The translations under genes were made by a program, and so were the position numbers. The notes under the pieces were generated by a model that did not search any database, had not been told where the DNA came from, and saw only the letters and a program-made list of their open reading frames with translations. Positions 20,451 through 30,057 of a stretch of DNA of 64,000 bases are shown here, one piece after another. This DNA is from an uncultured Fibrobacterota bacterium (GTDB taxonomy: Bacteria > Fibrobacterota > Chitinivibrionia > Chitinivibrionales > FEN-1185): contig CAVSQB010000016.1 of NCBI GenBank assembly GCA_963729895.1, positions 32,001-96,000 on the forward strand, given 5' to 3'. How positions within the stretch are numbered: position 1 is the first letter of the stretch; each line of letters starts with the position of its first letter.

Positions 20451-21638
20451 TTAGTAATCGAATTCGCCGTTGAGGTAGATCTTGTTCACTGCAATGGCGC
20501 CGCCTTGAATTCTGGGAATTACGCGCTGATAGTCGAGCGCGAATTTCACCTTGGAAACAGGAGCGTACTGCAGACCGGCGATGACTGTCTGGCCGTCGGT
20601 AGTGCTGTATTTGTTCTCCGACCAGGCGTAATCGTACCTGAGGAATACTTCGAGCACTTTGATAATGTTGTACATCCCGTAGGCGGATGCGCCATGCAAA
20701 TTGTGATGAACAACGCCTGCGACTCTGAACTGGTTGTCGTATTCAAGACCAATCTTTCCCATGTTTAGAATGTTGTATCCGGCGAAAGCGGCAACGGTTT
20801 GCTGCGCAGAATCTTGGTAGTTCTTCTTCTCCGGCATCCAGTCGCCATAGAGATACAGGGTCAAATCTTTAATCGGATTGACCTGCGCCGCACCGCCGAC
20901 TTTGTAGTCGCCGTACACGTCCTGGCTCGCTTTGTAACCTTCGCCGTCGGTGACGGCGGCCGTGATCTTGAGCATATCTATGGGGTTAACCTGGACCTTT
21001 GCGCCAAGATCAGCACTCGACTCCAATCCCTGCTGATCCATAAACGTCTTGTAAATATATCGGTGTGCCCAGAACGACTCCATCACGTCAAAAGCAAAAT
21101 AGGGCAACTGCCCGACAGACAGTGTCGTCGCAGGAAGAATCCCGTTCCAGGCAACGTACGCGGTCTTCACGTAGGCGATGTAACTGTCGTTTATTTTGGT
21201 AGCAAGCGTGGTCGTTGTGGGCGGAACAGCGTTGAGTGTCGCGCTGGTGAGAGGATCGACGCGTGCAACATCAAGCAACGCGTCCGTGGTAAAAGAGCTG
21301 TTAAATTTGTAGTTGTAACCAAGATAGACCCGGGTTAGTTCAAACATGGACTTTTCGGTGTAGATGGTACTGGTGGCAGGCGGGTTCTTGGTGACATCGT
21401 AGTTCCAGTCCGCGTAGATCTTCCCGTAGAAATTCCCCTGCGGTTTCACTTCTGCAGGCTTAGTCTCGGCAGGCTTCGCTTCAGGGGCCTTCATTTCGGC
21501 AGGGGGCGGCGACGCTTGAGCGGATGTCGCCTGGGTCGTATCCTGCGGCTTGTCCTGAGCCGATGATGCGACCACGCCTCCTGATGCCAGCACAACAGAC
21601 AGAATGCTTATTGCAGTGATTGAAAAACGCGTTTTCAC
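20451..21638 (-). CDS. Outer-membrane porin, probably phosphate-selective
   Basis: Signal peptide, FELTRVYLGY, alternating beta-strand pattern, terminal aromatic residue (GEFDY); lies between pstS and pstC. Confidence 0.75.
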   Translation of the reverse strand: MKTRFSITAISILSVVLASGGVVASSAQDKPQDTTQATSAQASPPPAEMKAPEAKPAETKPAEVKPQGNFYGKIYADWNYDVTKNPPATSTIYTEKSMFELTRVYLGYNYKFNSSFTTDALLDVARVDPLTSATLNAVPPTTTTLATKINDSYIAYVKTAYVAWNGILPATTLSVGQLPYFAFDVMESFWAHRYIYKTFMDQQGLESSADLGAKVQVNPIDMLKITAAVTDGEGYKASQDVYGDYKVGGAAQVNPIKDLTLYLYGDWMPEKKNYQDSAQQTVAAFAGYNILNMGKIGLEYDNQFRVAGVVHHNLHGASAYGMYNIIKVLEVFLRYDYAWSENKYSTTDGQTVIAGLQYAPVSKVKFALDYQRVIPRIQGGAIAVNKIYLNGEFDY

Positions 21639-21698
21639 TATTCCTCCTTTTTGTAAATGTTAACAGTTCCTCAGTCGCGTCCTTTTTAACAAAGTCCC

Positions 21699-21730
21699 TC
21701 TATGTATCCCACAAAACGGGGATACATAGA
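21699..21730 (-). terminator. Hairpin just after pstS (terminator or mRNA stabiliser)
   Basis: Perfect 12-bp stem TCTATGTATCCC / GGGATACATAGA. Confidence 0.65.
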
Positions 21731-21746
21731 AGGCGGCTGGAAAACA

Positions 21747-22799
21747 TTATTTCGTGTAAATCGCCTTTCCGTCGGCGGATTTAATACTCTTTGTCCAGGT
21801 TTCTTCAACCAGGTCGGAAACGGCCTTCGGGATGGGAACATACGCCAGCTCTTCAGCCATTTTTGCACCGCTGGCATAGCACCATGCAAAGAAACTGAGG
21901 GCGGTCTTCGCCTGATCGGGATTCGTTTGCTCGGTGTGCATCAGGATAAAGCTCGCTCCCGTGATAGGCCAGCTATCCTTGCCCGGCTGCTCGGTGAGCA
22001 CAAGGTAGAACCCGGGGGCGTTTTTCCAATCCGCGTGGGACGCGGCCGATTGGAACGTTTCGGCGGTGGGCTTGATAAAGGCGCCGTCATGGGAGGACAG
22101 CATCGTATAGGCGAGTTTGTTCTGCAATGCATACGCATATTCAACGTAACCGATGGAGCCGGGAGTCTGGCCCGTGAAATTGGCGACGCCTTCGTTGCCT
22201 TTGCCGCCGATACCGGCGGGCCATTCGACCGACGCATTATTGCCCACCTTATCGGCCCATTCCTTGCTCACCTTCATCAGGTAGTTCGTAAAGAGAAAGG
22301 TGGTGCCTGACCCGTCGGAACGATGAACAACGGCGATGTCCTGATCGGGCAGCTTTACCTTCGGGTTCATTTTGGTTATTGCCGGATCGTTCCATTTCTT
22401 GACTTTTCCAAGGTAAATGTCGGCAAGAACCGGCCCGGAAAGTTTGAGATCTCCCGCGTTGATCCCTTTGATATTGACAACAGGAACCACTCCGCCCATG
22501 ATCATGGGCCATTGCACGAGGCCGTCCTCTTTCAGCTTGTCTTCCTTGAGGGGCATGTCCGAGGCGCCGAAATCGACCGTTTTCGCCTCGATCTGCTTGA
22601 TGCCACCGCCCGAACCGATCGACTGGTAATTCAGGCTGACGCCCCGTTCGCCTTTGTAGGCCTCGGCCCATTTCGCATACACCGGATACGGGAATGTTGC
22701 GCCCGCGCCGGTAATATCCCCGGCCGAGGCGCTTGACGGGATCGACAAGCATGCAAACGAAACTGCCAGACAACCCAACCCAAAGACACGTGCCTTCAT
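21747..22799 (-). CDS. pstS: Phosphate-binding protein
   Basis: GAGATFPYPVY, YQSIGSGGGI, DFGASD, HRSDGSGTT, GGKGNEGV; RBS AAGGAGG before MKARV. Confidence 0.97.
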   Translation of the reverse strand: MKARVFGLGCLAVSFACLSIPSSASAGDITGAGATFPYPVYAKWAEAYKGERGVSLNYQSIGSGGGIKQIEAKTVDFGASDMPLKEDKLKEDGLVQWPMIMGGVVPVVNIKGINAGDLKLSGPVLADIYLGKVKKWNDPAITKMNPKVKLPDQDIAVVHRSDGSGTTFLFTNYLMKVSKEWADKVGNNASVEWPAGIGGKGNEGVANFTGQTPGSIGYVEYAYALQNKLAYTMLSSHDGAFIKPTAETFQSAASHADWKNAPGFYLVLTEQPGKDSWPITGASFILMHTEQTNPDQAKTALSFFAWCYASGAKMAEELAYVPIPKAVSDLVEETWTKSIKSADGKAIYTK

Positions 22800-22987
22800 G
22801 GCAACCTCCTTTTTGATGGTGTGTGTATCGACGTCTTCAAATAGCTGGCGAACCTGCAACAATTGGGTATCTTCCAAATTCCCACAATCCGAGTTAGAAA
22901 CTTTCCCGACGTGGCCCCCTTTCATTTCCACGTTGCGTCCCTTCTTCGCTGCTGCCGTTCCGGCCTTCGGCGCAGGGTTGAAGAAAA

Positions 22988-23136
22988 AAAATGGGAGACG
23001 CCGGTTTCCTGCAAGTTAGGACTTTGTTAGAATTGGATGAGCAACAATTTTCTTGCTACGGATTTAACTGCGAAACGGTAATAAAATGCCGTGTGATTAT
23101 GATTCTATAATGTGATATCGGTTAGTTTTTCGTTAG
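22988..23136 (-). promoter_or_regulatory. Pho-box-like arrays upstream of pstS
   Basis: Plus strand GTTTC/GTTAG/GTTAG/ATGAG at 23004, 23015, 23026, 23037, with CATTTT 10 bp downstream on the coding strand; second GTTAG-N6-GTTAG at 23121/23132. Confidence 0.75.
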
Positions 23137-23201
23137 CGCAAGTCCGGAATACGGACCTACACGTGCCGGAAAGAATTTGGTCGCGTCATGGTTCCGGACG
23201 G

Positions 23202-23255
23202 CTAACGAATTTCTAGCAACTGTGTCATGTATTTCTAAATGACGAAGCATAATTT
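23202..23255 (+). promoter_or_regulatory. Pho-box-like array plus -10 for the single-domain response regulator
   Basis: CTAAC/CTAGC/GTCAT/CTAAA at 23202, 23213, 23224, 23235; 10 bp; TAATTT. Confidence 0.7.
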
Positions 23256-23299
23256 CCTTTCATGATACGATATTTCCTTATACTAGGCAGACGAAAGCG

Positions 23300-23716
23300 A
23301 TGGCCTCCAATCATGGGTCTGCCCGGACCAATGCCCCTATGATCCCTTGCAAAATTCTGGTTGTTGAAGATGATCCGCACATAAGCGAGCTCATAAAGAT
23401 CACGGTCTCGTCCCCCCTTTACGCAATAACCTGTGTCGACACCGGCAGCGAGGCGCTTGCAAAACTCATGGAGGATAAGCCCAACCTTGTTCTTCTCGAC
23501 ATTCTTATGCCGGAACCCGACGGCTGGTCGCTCTACAAAACCATCCGCAACAACCCCGGGCTGGCGCACACCCGGGTCATTATTCTCAGTGCTTTGCCAA
23601 TCAAGCCCGAAGTGCTGATGGAGAAGAATCTCTTGCCTACCGACATGTTCATGGCAAAGCCGTTCGATCTGGATGATCTGAGGATAAATGTGAGGAACAT
23701 GCTGACGGGCGGATAA
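23300..23716 (+). CDS. Single-domain response regulator (receiver only)
   Basis: ILVVEDD, LLDILMPEPDG, ILSA, KPF. Start may be 23339. Confidence 0.88.
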   Translation: MASNHGSARTNAPMIPCKILVVEDDPHISELIKITVSSPLYAITCVDTGSEALAKLMEDKPNLVLLDILMPEPDGWSLYKTIRNNPGLAHTRVIILSALPIKPEVLMEKNLLPTDMFMAKPFDLDDLRINVRNMLTGG

Positions 23717-23796
23717 GTGGAAGATTTTCCACACCCGTCGATTTGAAGGGTTCCCTAGTTGTCGGCAGAGGTAGTTTGTTCCAGGCTGGAAAGTGC

Positions 23797-25002
23797 TCAA
23801 CATCCGGAACAACGACCGCTTGGGGCACCGATCCTCTTGTTGTGGCCTCCAAGGGCGGGGATCATCCGCGATGAAAAGAACGAGACAAGCGGCACCGCCA
23901 GAATCACGGCGATGCTGCCTGAAACCGCCTGAATGACATATATGCCGATCATATTATTATTTATCAATTGATAATATGAGACATCCCAGGCGTAAAGCAG
24001 GACCAGCATATTGAGTGAGGTTCCCGTGAAGGCGACGATCAGGGTGTTGGCCATGGTACCCATCATGTCGCGTCCCACGTTCATGCCGGAGTTGAATAGA
24101 TCCTTTACCCTCAGGGCGCTGTTGCTTGCAAAGACCTCGTGCACCGACGCGGCAATGGAAATGGCAATATCCATAATGGCGCCTAAAGACGAGATCAGGA
24201 TTGCCGCGAACAGAAGTTCACCGGCCTTCATGTGCGTTTTCCCCGCGATCTGGATAAGCATGTCCGCCTCGTTGGTGCTGAATCCGGAAAGGCGGGTGAT
24301 TTTGAGGGCCGCCATCAGAAAAAGCACCGACACAACTACTCCCGACATCGTGCCGAGAATGGCGGAAAAAGTCTTTGCGGTGAAACCTCCGAGCAAGACC
24401 AGTGTCACGCACAGGGTGACCGTCACCACACCCATCGAAGCGAAGGCGGGAGAATAGCCTCGGTACAGCATGGGAATGAAAAGGAAGATGATACCGGTAA
24501 AGGTGAAAACGATTCCCAAAACGGATCTGGCGCCCCGGCTTCCTCCGATGGCGCACAGAATCGCGAAAAAAAACAGGACTAGCAGGTAAAGGTATGGTTC
24601 CCGGTTATAACTATAGATCCATGCATCATAGGTATTCTTATTGGCGGTATCGATGCAGACGATTACCCCGGCGCCTACCCGGGCCCGGACATTGGTGGTG
24701 TAGTTGAGAGTGTTCCTCACGGACATCACTTCGCCCTTGTGCTCGCCGGTAAGAACTTTGATTTTGACGGTCTGTCCGCCCACGTCTAACCCCGTCGCGC
24801 TATCTTTTGTCAATGACTCTCTCTCCACCGCTACCACGCGCGCCTTTTCATAGCGGACATAAGAACCGGGAGCCGAACTATAGAGATGATGGATCCGCGT
24901 GTGGCTGTAGAAAAGAAGTATCAGTCCCACATATATCGCCAATGCCGCGGCGCCTGCGAGAGCATGCGCGACCTTACTGTTTGTTAAATCTCTTAGCTTC
25001 AT
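23797..25002 (-). CDS. YibE/F family membrane protein
   Basis: ISSLGAIMDIAISIA, SGMNVGRDMMGTMANTLIVAFTG; multiple TM segments. Confidence 0.9.
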   Translation of the reverse strand: MKLRDLTNSKVAHALAGAAALAIYVGLILLFYSHTRIHHLYSSAPGSYVRYEKARVVAVERESLTKDSATGLDVGGQTVKIKVLTGEHKGEVMSVRNTLNYTTNVRARVGAGVIVCIDTANKNTYDAWIYSYNREPYLYLLVLFFFAILCAIGGSRGARSVLGIVFTFTGIIFLFIPMLYRGYSPAFASMGVVTVTLCVTLVLLGGFTAKTFSAILGTMSGVVVSVLFLMAALKITRLSGFSTNEADMLIQIAGKTHMKAGELLFAAILISSLGAIMDIAISIAASVHEVFASNSALRVKDLFNSGMNVGRDMMGTMANTLIVAFTGTSLNMLVLLYAWDVSYYQLINNNMIGIYVIQAVSGSIAVILAVPLVSFFSSRMIPALGGHNKRIGAPSGRCSGC

Positions 25003-25046
25003 GCGAAACGTTCTTTGATCACTCTTCGGTTAACGGCACGCGTTCA

Positions 25047-25084
25047 ACCAATAATCCACCCGCATAGGGGGGTGGATTATTGGT
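25047..25084. terminator. Strong hairpin between the phosphatase and the yibE/F gene
   Basis: Perfect 15-bp stem ACCAATAATCCACCC / GGGTGGATTATTGGT. Confidence 0.7.
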
Positions 25085-25097
25085 GAGAAACAAGCGA

Positions 25098-26738
25098 TCA
25101 GGGCTGGATCAAAGCCAACGGCACGCTTCCATTATGATATCCCGTGATCTTGAGCAGGTAGAATCCGGAACACAGCGATCCCGCAAGAGGAATCTTTTGT
25201 GAGTAACCGTTGAAGACCCTCTGACCCAGGTCGAGCACCCTTGCGCCCGAAGCGCTGAAGATTTCGAGTCTGGCCTTTCCCTCCAGTCCTTGGACAACCA
25301 ACGTTCCCTGGACCAGCCGGGCCGCCAGAGACAAACCGTGTCCCCTTGCTGTGACGGTTGGCATTGCCCGGACGGAGCCGTTCTTGACAATAGTGTAGCT
25401 GTCGATAGGCGCTGTCTGCATGCTGCCGTTGATAGCATACGTGACGATGGAGAATGTGTCGGCATGTATCTTGACGCGGGAGAATGTGGGCTCGTTTTGC
25501 TGCCAGAAGTATTTGGTGTAAACGGGGTACGTTGTCACGTTGTTGACGACGAACGTCGAGTTAAGGGGATAGTATTTGCTGCCGCTGCCCGAATTAAGAG
25601 TCATATAGAGGGTGCCCTGAGGATTCACGGCCATCACACTGTCAGCCGCCCTTGACACGGGTAGACCGCCGAGCATCTGATACGATCTGGTGTACGAATG
25701 GTCATGGCCGGACAGGACAACATCGATGCCATACTTGTCAAAAACCGGCGGGTACGCACTTCTTCTGAATAGAATGTCGGCGTCCAATGCATGGTCGGCA
25801 TCACTGTACAGCGAATGATGGAAGCACACGATTTTCCACATGGCCTTCGGGTTGACGGCTGTGGCCTGCCCGATAAAGACATCGTGCGTGGCGGCGCTTT
25901 GGGTATTGCTGTTGATCACCATAAAGAGGGTGTTGCCATAGGTAAACCAATAGTCGCCGTCGTTTCCGTAAGCGGTGGCGCCATCTTGCGCCGACTGGTT
26001 GGGCAGATTGTAGTGGCACCCGTAATAATGACCCAGACCATAATCATGGTTTCCGTCAATTGTGGCAACAGGGAGGCCAAGCAATTGCGGCGTGCTAAAG
26101 TACCCGTTGTACTGCAGATCCGCACCCGTTCGAGAGGTTGTGTTGTCAATCTGATCTCCGAGCGAAATCATGAAACTGGCATTTGAAACCATGGGCACGG
26201 CAACAGACATGGCGTTCTGCCAGCCCAACGTGTCGTAACTGAGAACATTACTGTCTTGAGCGGCAATGCCGCCCGTGGAAGCGCCGATCTGCGGATCGCC
26301 TACCGCGATGATGACAAAGGAACCGGTGTCCCTGGTCTGGATCGTGTGAGAATCGCTCCACGTTGAATCGTGGCCGACACGGTATGTGTAACCTGTGGAA
26401 AGCGCAAGCCCGGTCACCGTCACCCTGTTCTGATACCACCCGGCCAGAATGATTCCCGTCGTTGAATCGTACATCGCTTGCGACGACGTAGTGCCGGTGA
26501 ATTTGGCAGTATCGCCGCCGCTTGTTTTGACAATTTGAACTGCAGGAGTGTGGGCAGAGTTGGTGGCCCAGGAAAAACAGAGTTGAGATGCATCGCTGCC
26601 CGGCGTTATGTTGAGCCAGGAATTAGGGGCATGGACTGCGTCGGGAACATCGGCAATTGCGGGTGCCGCTATTGAGACCAGAACTATCGCCAAAGGCGCC
26701 AACAGAAAATTCCTGTATCTTACGAGTTTGACTGACAT
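25098..26738 (-). CDS. Secreted purple-acid-phosphatase-like metallophosphoesterase (Fn3 + MPP + secretion-tail-like CTD)
   Basis: Signal peptide, YTYRVG Fn3, GDPQ, GDQID, GNHD, FHHS, SGHDH; C-terminal IFSASGARV...SGFYLLKI. Confidence 0.85.
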   Translation of the reverse strand: MSVKLVRYRNFLLAPLAIVLVSIAAPAIADVPDAVHAPNSWLNITPGSDASQLCFSWATNSAHTPAVQIVKTSGGDTAKFTGTTSSQAMYDSTTGIILAGWYQNRVTVTGLALSTGYTYRVGHDSTWSDSHTIQTRDTGSFVIIAVGDPQIGASTGGIAAQDSNVLSYDTLGWQNAMSVAVPMVSNASFMISLGDQIDNTTSRTGADLQYNGYFSTPQLLGLPVATIDGNHDYGLGHYYGCHYNLPNQSAQDGATAYGNDGDYWFTYGNTLFMVINSNTQSAATHDVFIGQATAVNPKAMWKIVCFHHSLYSDADHALDADILFRRSAYPPVFDKYGIDVVLSGHDHSYTRSYQMLGGLPVSRAADSVMAVNPQGTLYMTLNSGSGSKYYPLNSTFVVNNVTTYPVYTKYFWQQNEPTFSRVKIHADTFSIVTYAINGSMQTAPIDSYTIVKNGSVRAMPTVTARGHGLSLAARLVQGTLVVQGLEGKARLEIFSASGARVLDLGQRVFNGYSQKIPLAGSLCSGFYLLKITGYHNGSVPLALIQP

Positions 26739-26920
26739 GGGTTCCCCTCCTTGTTAACTTCTAATCCGTTTTCTCCGATTGAATTCGAACGTTCTCCTTC
26801 GGCAAAACCAAATCCATCTTTGTGTGTTCCAGTGAGTCCTCCTTTTCTTTGAGAGTTTAGGCGGTGTGCAGCTCAACCATGATTCCGAACATCGCTGTCG
26901 AGATTTTTTCATGCCCAAGA

Positions 26921-26974
26921 AATATCGCAGTCCGGCGTTAGTTGTTTATGAAATGTCCATTACATTTCGATGAG
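26921..26974 (-). promoter_or_regulatory. Pho-box-like array plus -10 for the phosphatase operon
   Basis: Plus strand GTTAG/ATGAA/ATTAC/ATGAG at 26937, 26948, 26959, 26970; GATATT 10 bp downstream on the coding strand. Confidence 0.7.
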
Positions 26975-27127
26975 ATGCTTTTCGCGGCCATGGAAGTCTT
27001 CCGCACCGGAAGGTCCCTTGTCGATGCTTTTGAGGACAAACTGCCGAAGGATGATGATGAGGAAATGCCGTTTAGGCCGCGCGATCTGAGCTACAGGCAC
27101 TGCGGCCGAAGCGTTGTGCGCTATGTT

Positions 27128-28015
27128 TCAGGAGGCTGCAACGGAATAGTCGGACGGGAGAATCACGGCGGGCGGCGCGTCAAGAAGACCATCAATCGCG
27201 GCCCCCGCGCGCTCCTTTTGACTTTCGGCATACTCCGGTCCGCACATGCCCGCGGCGGCATTTACCAGGCGCGCGCGGTCGGCATTCAGCAGGCCGGCGG
27301 CGATGAGAACGAGTTGCGAAACAATACGCCGCGGAAGCGGCAGTTCCAGGAAATCGGCCCGCCCGGAAGTGACCGCACGAATTCGGTCGTGGGCGCTCAG
27401 CGAATGCGGGGAAATCCTTCCTTTGACCGCCTTCAGCAGGCCTGCCGTTTCGTGCGCCGTACTTGTCGACGGAACAAGAAAGTGCGGGAGAATGTGGCAG
27501 CGCACCGCGGACAGGCTAGACCGTGTGTCGAGCTCGGCGCAGAACCGCTTGACAACAGATAACGAGATGGGCGACAGATCGGTCGGCACAATACTATGGT
27601 CGGAGGCGTGCAGGGCAAGTTCGTGGACAGTGCCGAATCCGGGCGGCGTGTCGATTAGGACGTAGTCGTAGCGGGATGAGAAGTTGAAAAACTCGAAGCG
27701 TTTGCGAAGCTGGAACACATCGCGCGAACTCGTGTCGCACAGCGAATCGCACAGGGTAATATACTCCAGCGTTTTGCAGGCGGTGGCGCGAAGCAGGTGC
27801 GACAGTACCCCGGAAGCATGCGCGGTGGGCGCGCCCGGATTGCAGGTCCCCGGCGCCGGAAAGCCGCCGAGCAAAGTGGACAAGTGATATTGGCACCTAT
27901 CAAGATCAAGGGCAAGAACCCGGTATCCTGCTGCGGAAAGGACCCGGCACAAGAGCGCTGCAGCCGTGGTTTTTCCGACTCCCCCCTTGTATTGGACAAA
28001 TGATACTGCTATCAT
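27128..28015 (-). CDS. Orphan ParA/MinD family ATPase
   Basis: KGGVGKTT deviant Walker A, VLALDLD, YVLIDTPP; no parB nearby. Confidence 0.8.
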   Translation of the reverse strand: MIAVSFVQYKGGVGKTTAAALLCRVLSAAGYRVLALDLDRCQYHLSTLLGGFPAPGTCNPGAPTAHASGVLSHLLRATACKTLEYITLCDSLCDTSSRDVFQLRKRFEFFNFSSRYDYVLIDTPPGFGTVHELALHASDHSIVPTDLSPISLSVVKRFCAELDTRSSLSAVRCHILPHFLVPSTSTAHETAGLLKAVKGRISPHSLSAHDRIRAVTSGRADFLELPLPRRIVSQLVLIAAGLLNADRARLVNAAAGMCGPEYAESQKERAGAAIDGLLDAPPAVILPSDYSVAAS

Positions 28016-28022
28016 GTGGTAA

Positions 28023-28076
28023 AAAATAGCGGAAGAGTGCTGGTGTGCGGTGAGGATTCGGTTAGTAATCGGTAAG
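28023..28076 (-). promoter_or_regulatory. Pho-box-like array plus -10 for the ParA-like gene
   Basis: Plus strand GCTGG/GTGAG/GTTAG/GTAAG at 28039, 28050, 28061, 28072; TATTTT 10 bp downstream on the coding strand. Confidence 0.65.
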
Positions 28077-28159
28077 CGGCCATGGCACCGGGCAACCTTC
28101 TTGCGAAGCGGCGGCGGCCGCCGCCATTCTTTTTTGCAGGGCCCGCCGGGCACGCAGTC

Positions 28160-28202
28160 CTTACCATTTTCTCACAGAAGGCTAATTCATGCACGGTATT
28201 TT
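28160..28202 (+). promoter_or_regulatory. Pho-box-like array plus -10 for the CBS hybrid kinase
   Basis: CTTAC/CTCAC/CTAAT at 28160, 28171, 28182; 10 bp; TATTTT. Confidence 0.65.
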
Positions 28203-28763
28203 GTTGCGAGCGGCAAGGATCCCGGCTTCGTGAATCTACCGGATTTTTGAGGGAACCTTGGTCCTTTCGCCGCGGGGTGTTGCCATGAATATTTCCAACT
28301 ACATCAAGCGTCTGCCGCCCATTCCTCTGTCGGCCGGCATGTATGATGTTTTCGGCATTTTCCGCAACAATAAGGAAGCGACTTTTTTTCCGGTCGTCAA
28401 CGACCTTGGCGTGGTCGTCGGCGTGGTACGCGAGTACAATCTTAAGGACTATACCTACGGCATGTTCGGCCGGGAGCTCATAAAGCGGGAACCCATCACC
28501 CACTTCATAACGCACAGCCTTATCGTGTCAATCGACACGCCGCTGGAAGAGGTGCTGCGGCTTTCCGCCTCGAATGAGAATCCCGACGGCATTGTCGTGA
28601 CGAAAGACGGCGCCTACGACGGCATCGTTCTGAACGGCAGCCTGCTATGGCTGTTTGAGGAAATTCGAAAACAGACCCGCGCACGCCTGCTTCAGGCTCA
28701 GAAAATGGAATCCATAGGGACCATGGCCGGCGGCATTGCGCATGATTTCAACAATATTCTTAT

Positions 28764-30057
28764 GGGGACCTCTAAAAATTCTGTAAAATAGTAGATTCCA
28801 AGATCATGTTGACAGATAGTATTATTTCGCGATGTCAGGGCGTCTATTTGTCTGATAGGTGCCCAAAACTGTTCTTTTTTCGGTCCCTTTGGGGGCCTTG
28901 TGCGGTCCTGTCCCGCTTTTCAGGCGTGGCACTCAAGATATGCAAAGCGTTTTATGTTGTAAACCAGGTTCAGGAGTCCTATCTTCGCCGCGGCCCTCAG
29001 CCGCCCGATACACCTGATCCTGCCACGAAACATGATTTCTATTTGAGCAAACACATGTTCTATACGCGATCTGACTTTGGATTTCTTCCGGTTCTGTGCC
29101 AATTGTGCTTCCGTCAATGGTGCGCCACGAGTCCCTTTGACACATATTTTGCTTCTGTACCAGAGATAATCAAGCCTTTGTTCCGCCTTTTCCGAATGAT
29201 ACGCGCTGTCGGCAAACACGTCCGCGTTCGTGTTCTCAGGATTAAGGAGAGGTTCAAGCATATTGGAGTCGTGCACTTCTGCGGATGTCGCCGCATAGTC
29301 TCGAATGATTTTATGCTTCGCGTCTACCGACGCATGGTTCTTGTAGCCAAAAAACGTCTGATCGTTCTTCTTCGTCCATCGCGCATCAACATCTTTCTGA
29401 CGAAGTTTCTCAGGGTGCTTTTCCCATTCCTGCGGCGTGCCCCCGTTCTTGATTTCTTTATTCTCCTCCCGCGTGTTTCTCTGGCGAGGTACCTCGACAA
29501 AACTCGCATCTATTATTTGGCCTTTCTGGGCAGTGTAACCCGCTTCGTTCAACTGACGACCGAACAGGTCAAACAGCTTCTTGACAACGCCTGCTTGTGT
29601 CAGCGTTTCCCGAAACAACCAGACCGTTTTCTCGTCGGGAATGCTATCCTCGGAAGTGAGTTCAAGAAACCGTTTGAACGTCAATCGGTCCAGAATCTGA
29701 AACTGGGTTTGCGCATCGGAAAGCCCATACATCGTCTGCAACACGAGAATCTTGAACATCAGGATATAATCGTACGGTGGACGACCGGCGTTGCTCTTCC
29801 GTTCCTTGCGAAAAGCCTTGTCAATAACAGGACGAAAACTCTTCCAACGTATGGCCCGATTGATGGTTTCAAGAGGGTCTCCCATTTCGGAAAGCTCGGA
29901 AAGGCGATTCTCAAGGTCAAAAAGGCCTATCTGTCCCATCGCAATATCCTCCAGACGGTAGTGGGTTCGCAGGTTTGTTGTCTGGAATTAAAATAATTGA
30001 CGAAATAGCCTTTGTCAAGCATTAATTGGGCAAATTAGGCAATTTTTAGAGGTCCCC
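28764..30057 (-). mobile_element. IS5-family insertion sequence, copy 1 (1294 bp)
   Basis: Perfect 17-bp TIR GGGGACCTCTAAAAATT; TTAT duplication on both sides (alternatively 16-bp TIR with CTTATG). Confidence 0.95.
28920..29939 (-). CDS. IS5-family transposase
   Basis: GRPPYD, ILDRLTFKRFL, IIDASFV, DARWTKK, FGYKNH, ADSAY, RSRIEHVF. Confidence 0.95.
   Translation of the reverse strand: MGQIGLFDLENRLSELSEMGDPLETINRAIRWKSFRPVIDKAFRKERKSNAGRPPYDYILMFKILVLQTMYGLSDAQTQFQILDRLTFKRFLELTSEDSIPDEKTVWLFRETLTQAGVVKKLFDLFGRQLNEAGYTAQKGQIIDASFVEVPRQRNTREENKEIKNGGTPQEWEKHPEKLRQKDVDARWTKKNDQTFFGYKNHASVDAKHKIIRDYAATSAEVHDSNMLEPLLNPENTNADVFADSAYHSEKAEQRLDYLWYRSKICVKGTRGAPLTEAQLAQNRKKSKVRSRIEHVFAQIEIMFRGRIRCIGRLRAAAKIGLLNLVYNIKRFAYLECHA

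Noticed and set aside
21435..21510. PAExK repeats at the porin N-terminus
   Set aside because: Ordinary low-complexity periplasmic linker.
28806..29996. 396-aa ORF antisense to the IS5 transposase (and its twin 32136-33326)
   Set aside because: Shadow frame of the transposase with no recognisable motifs.
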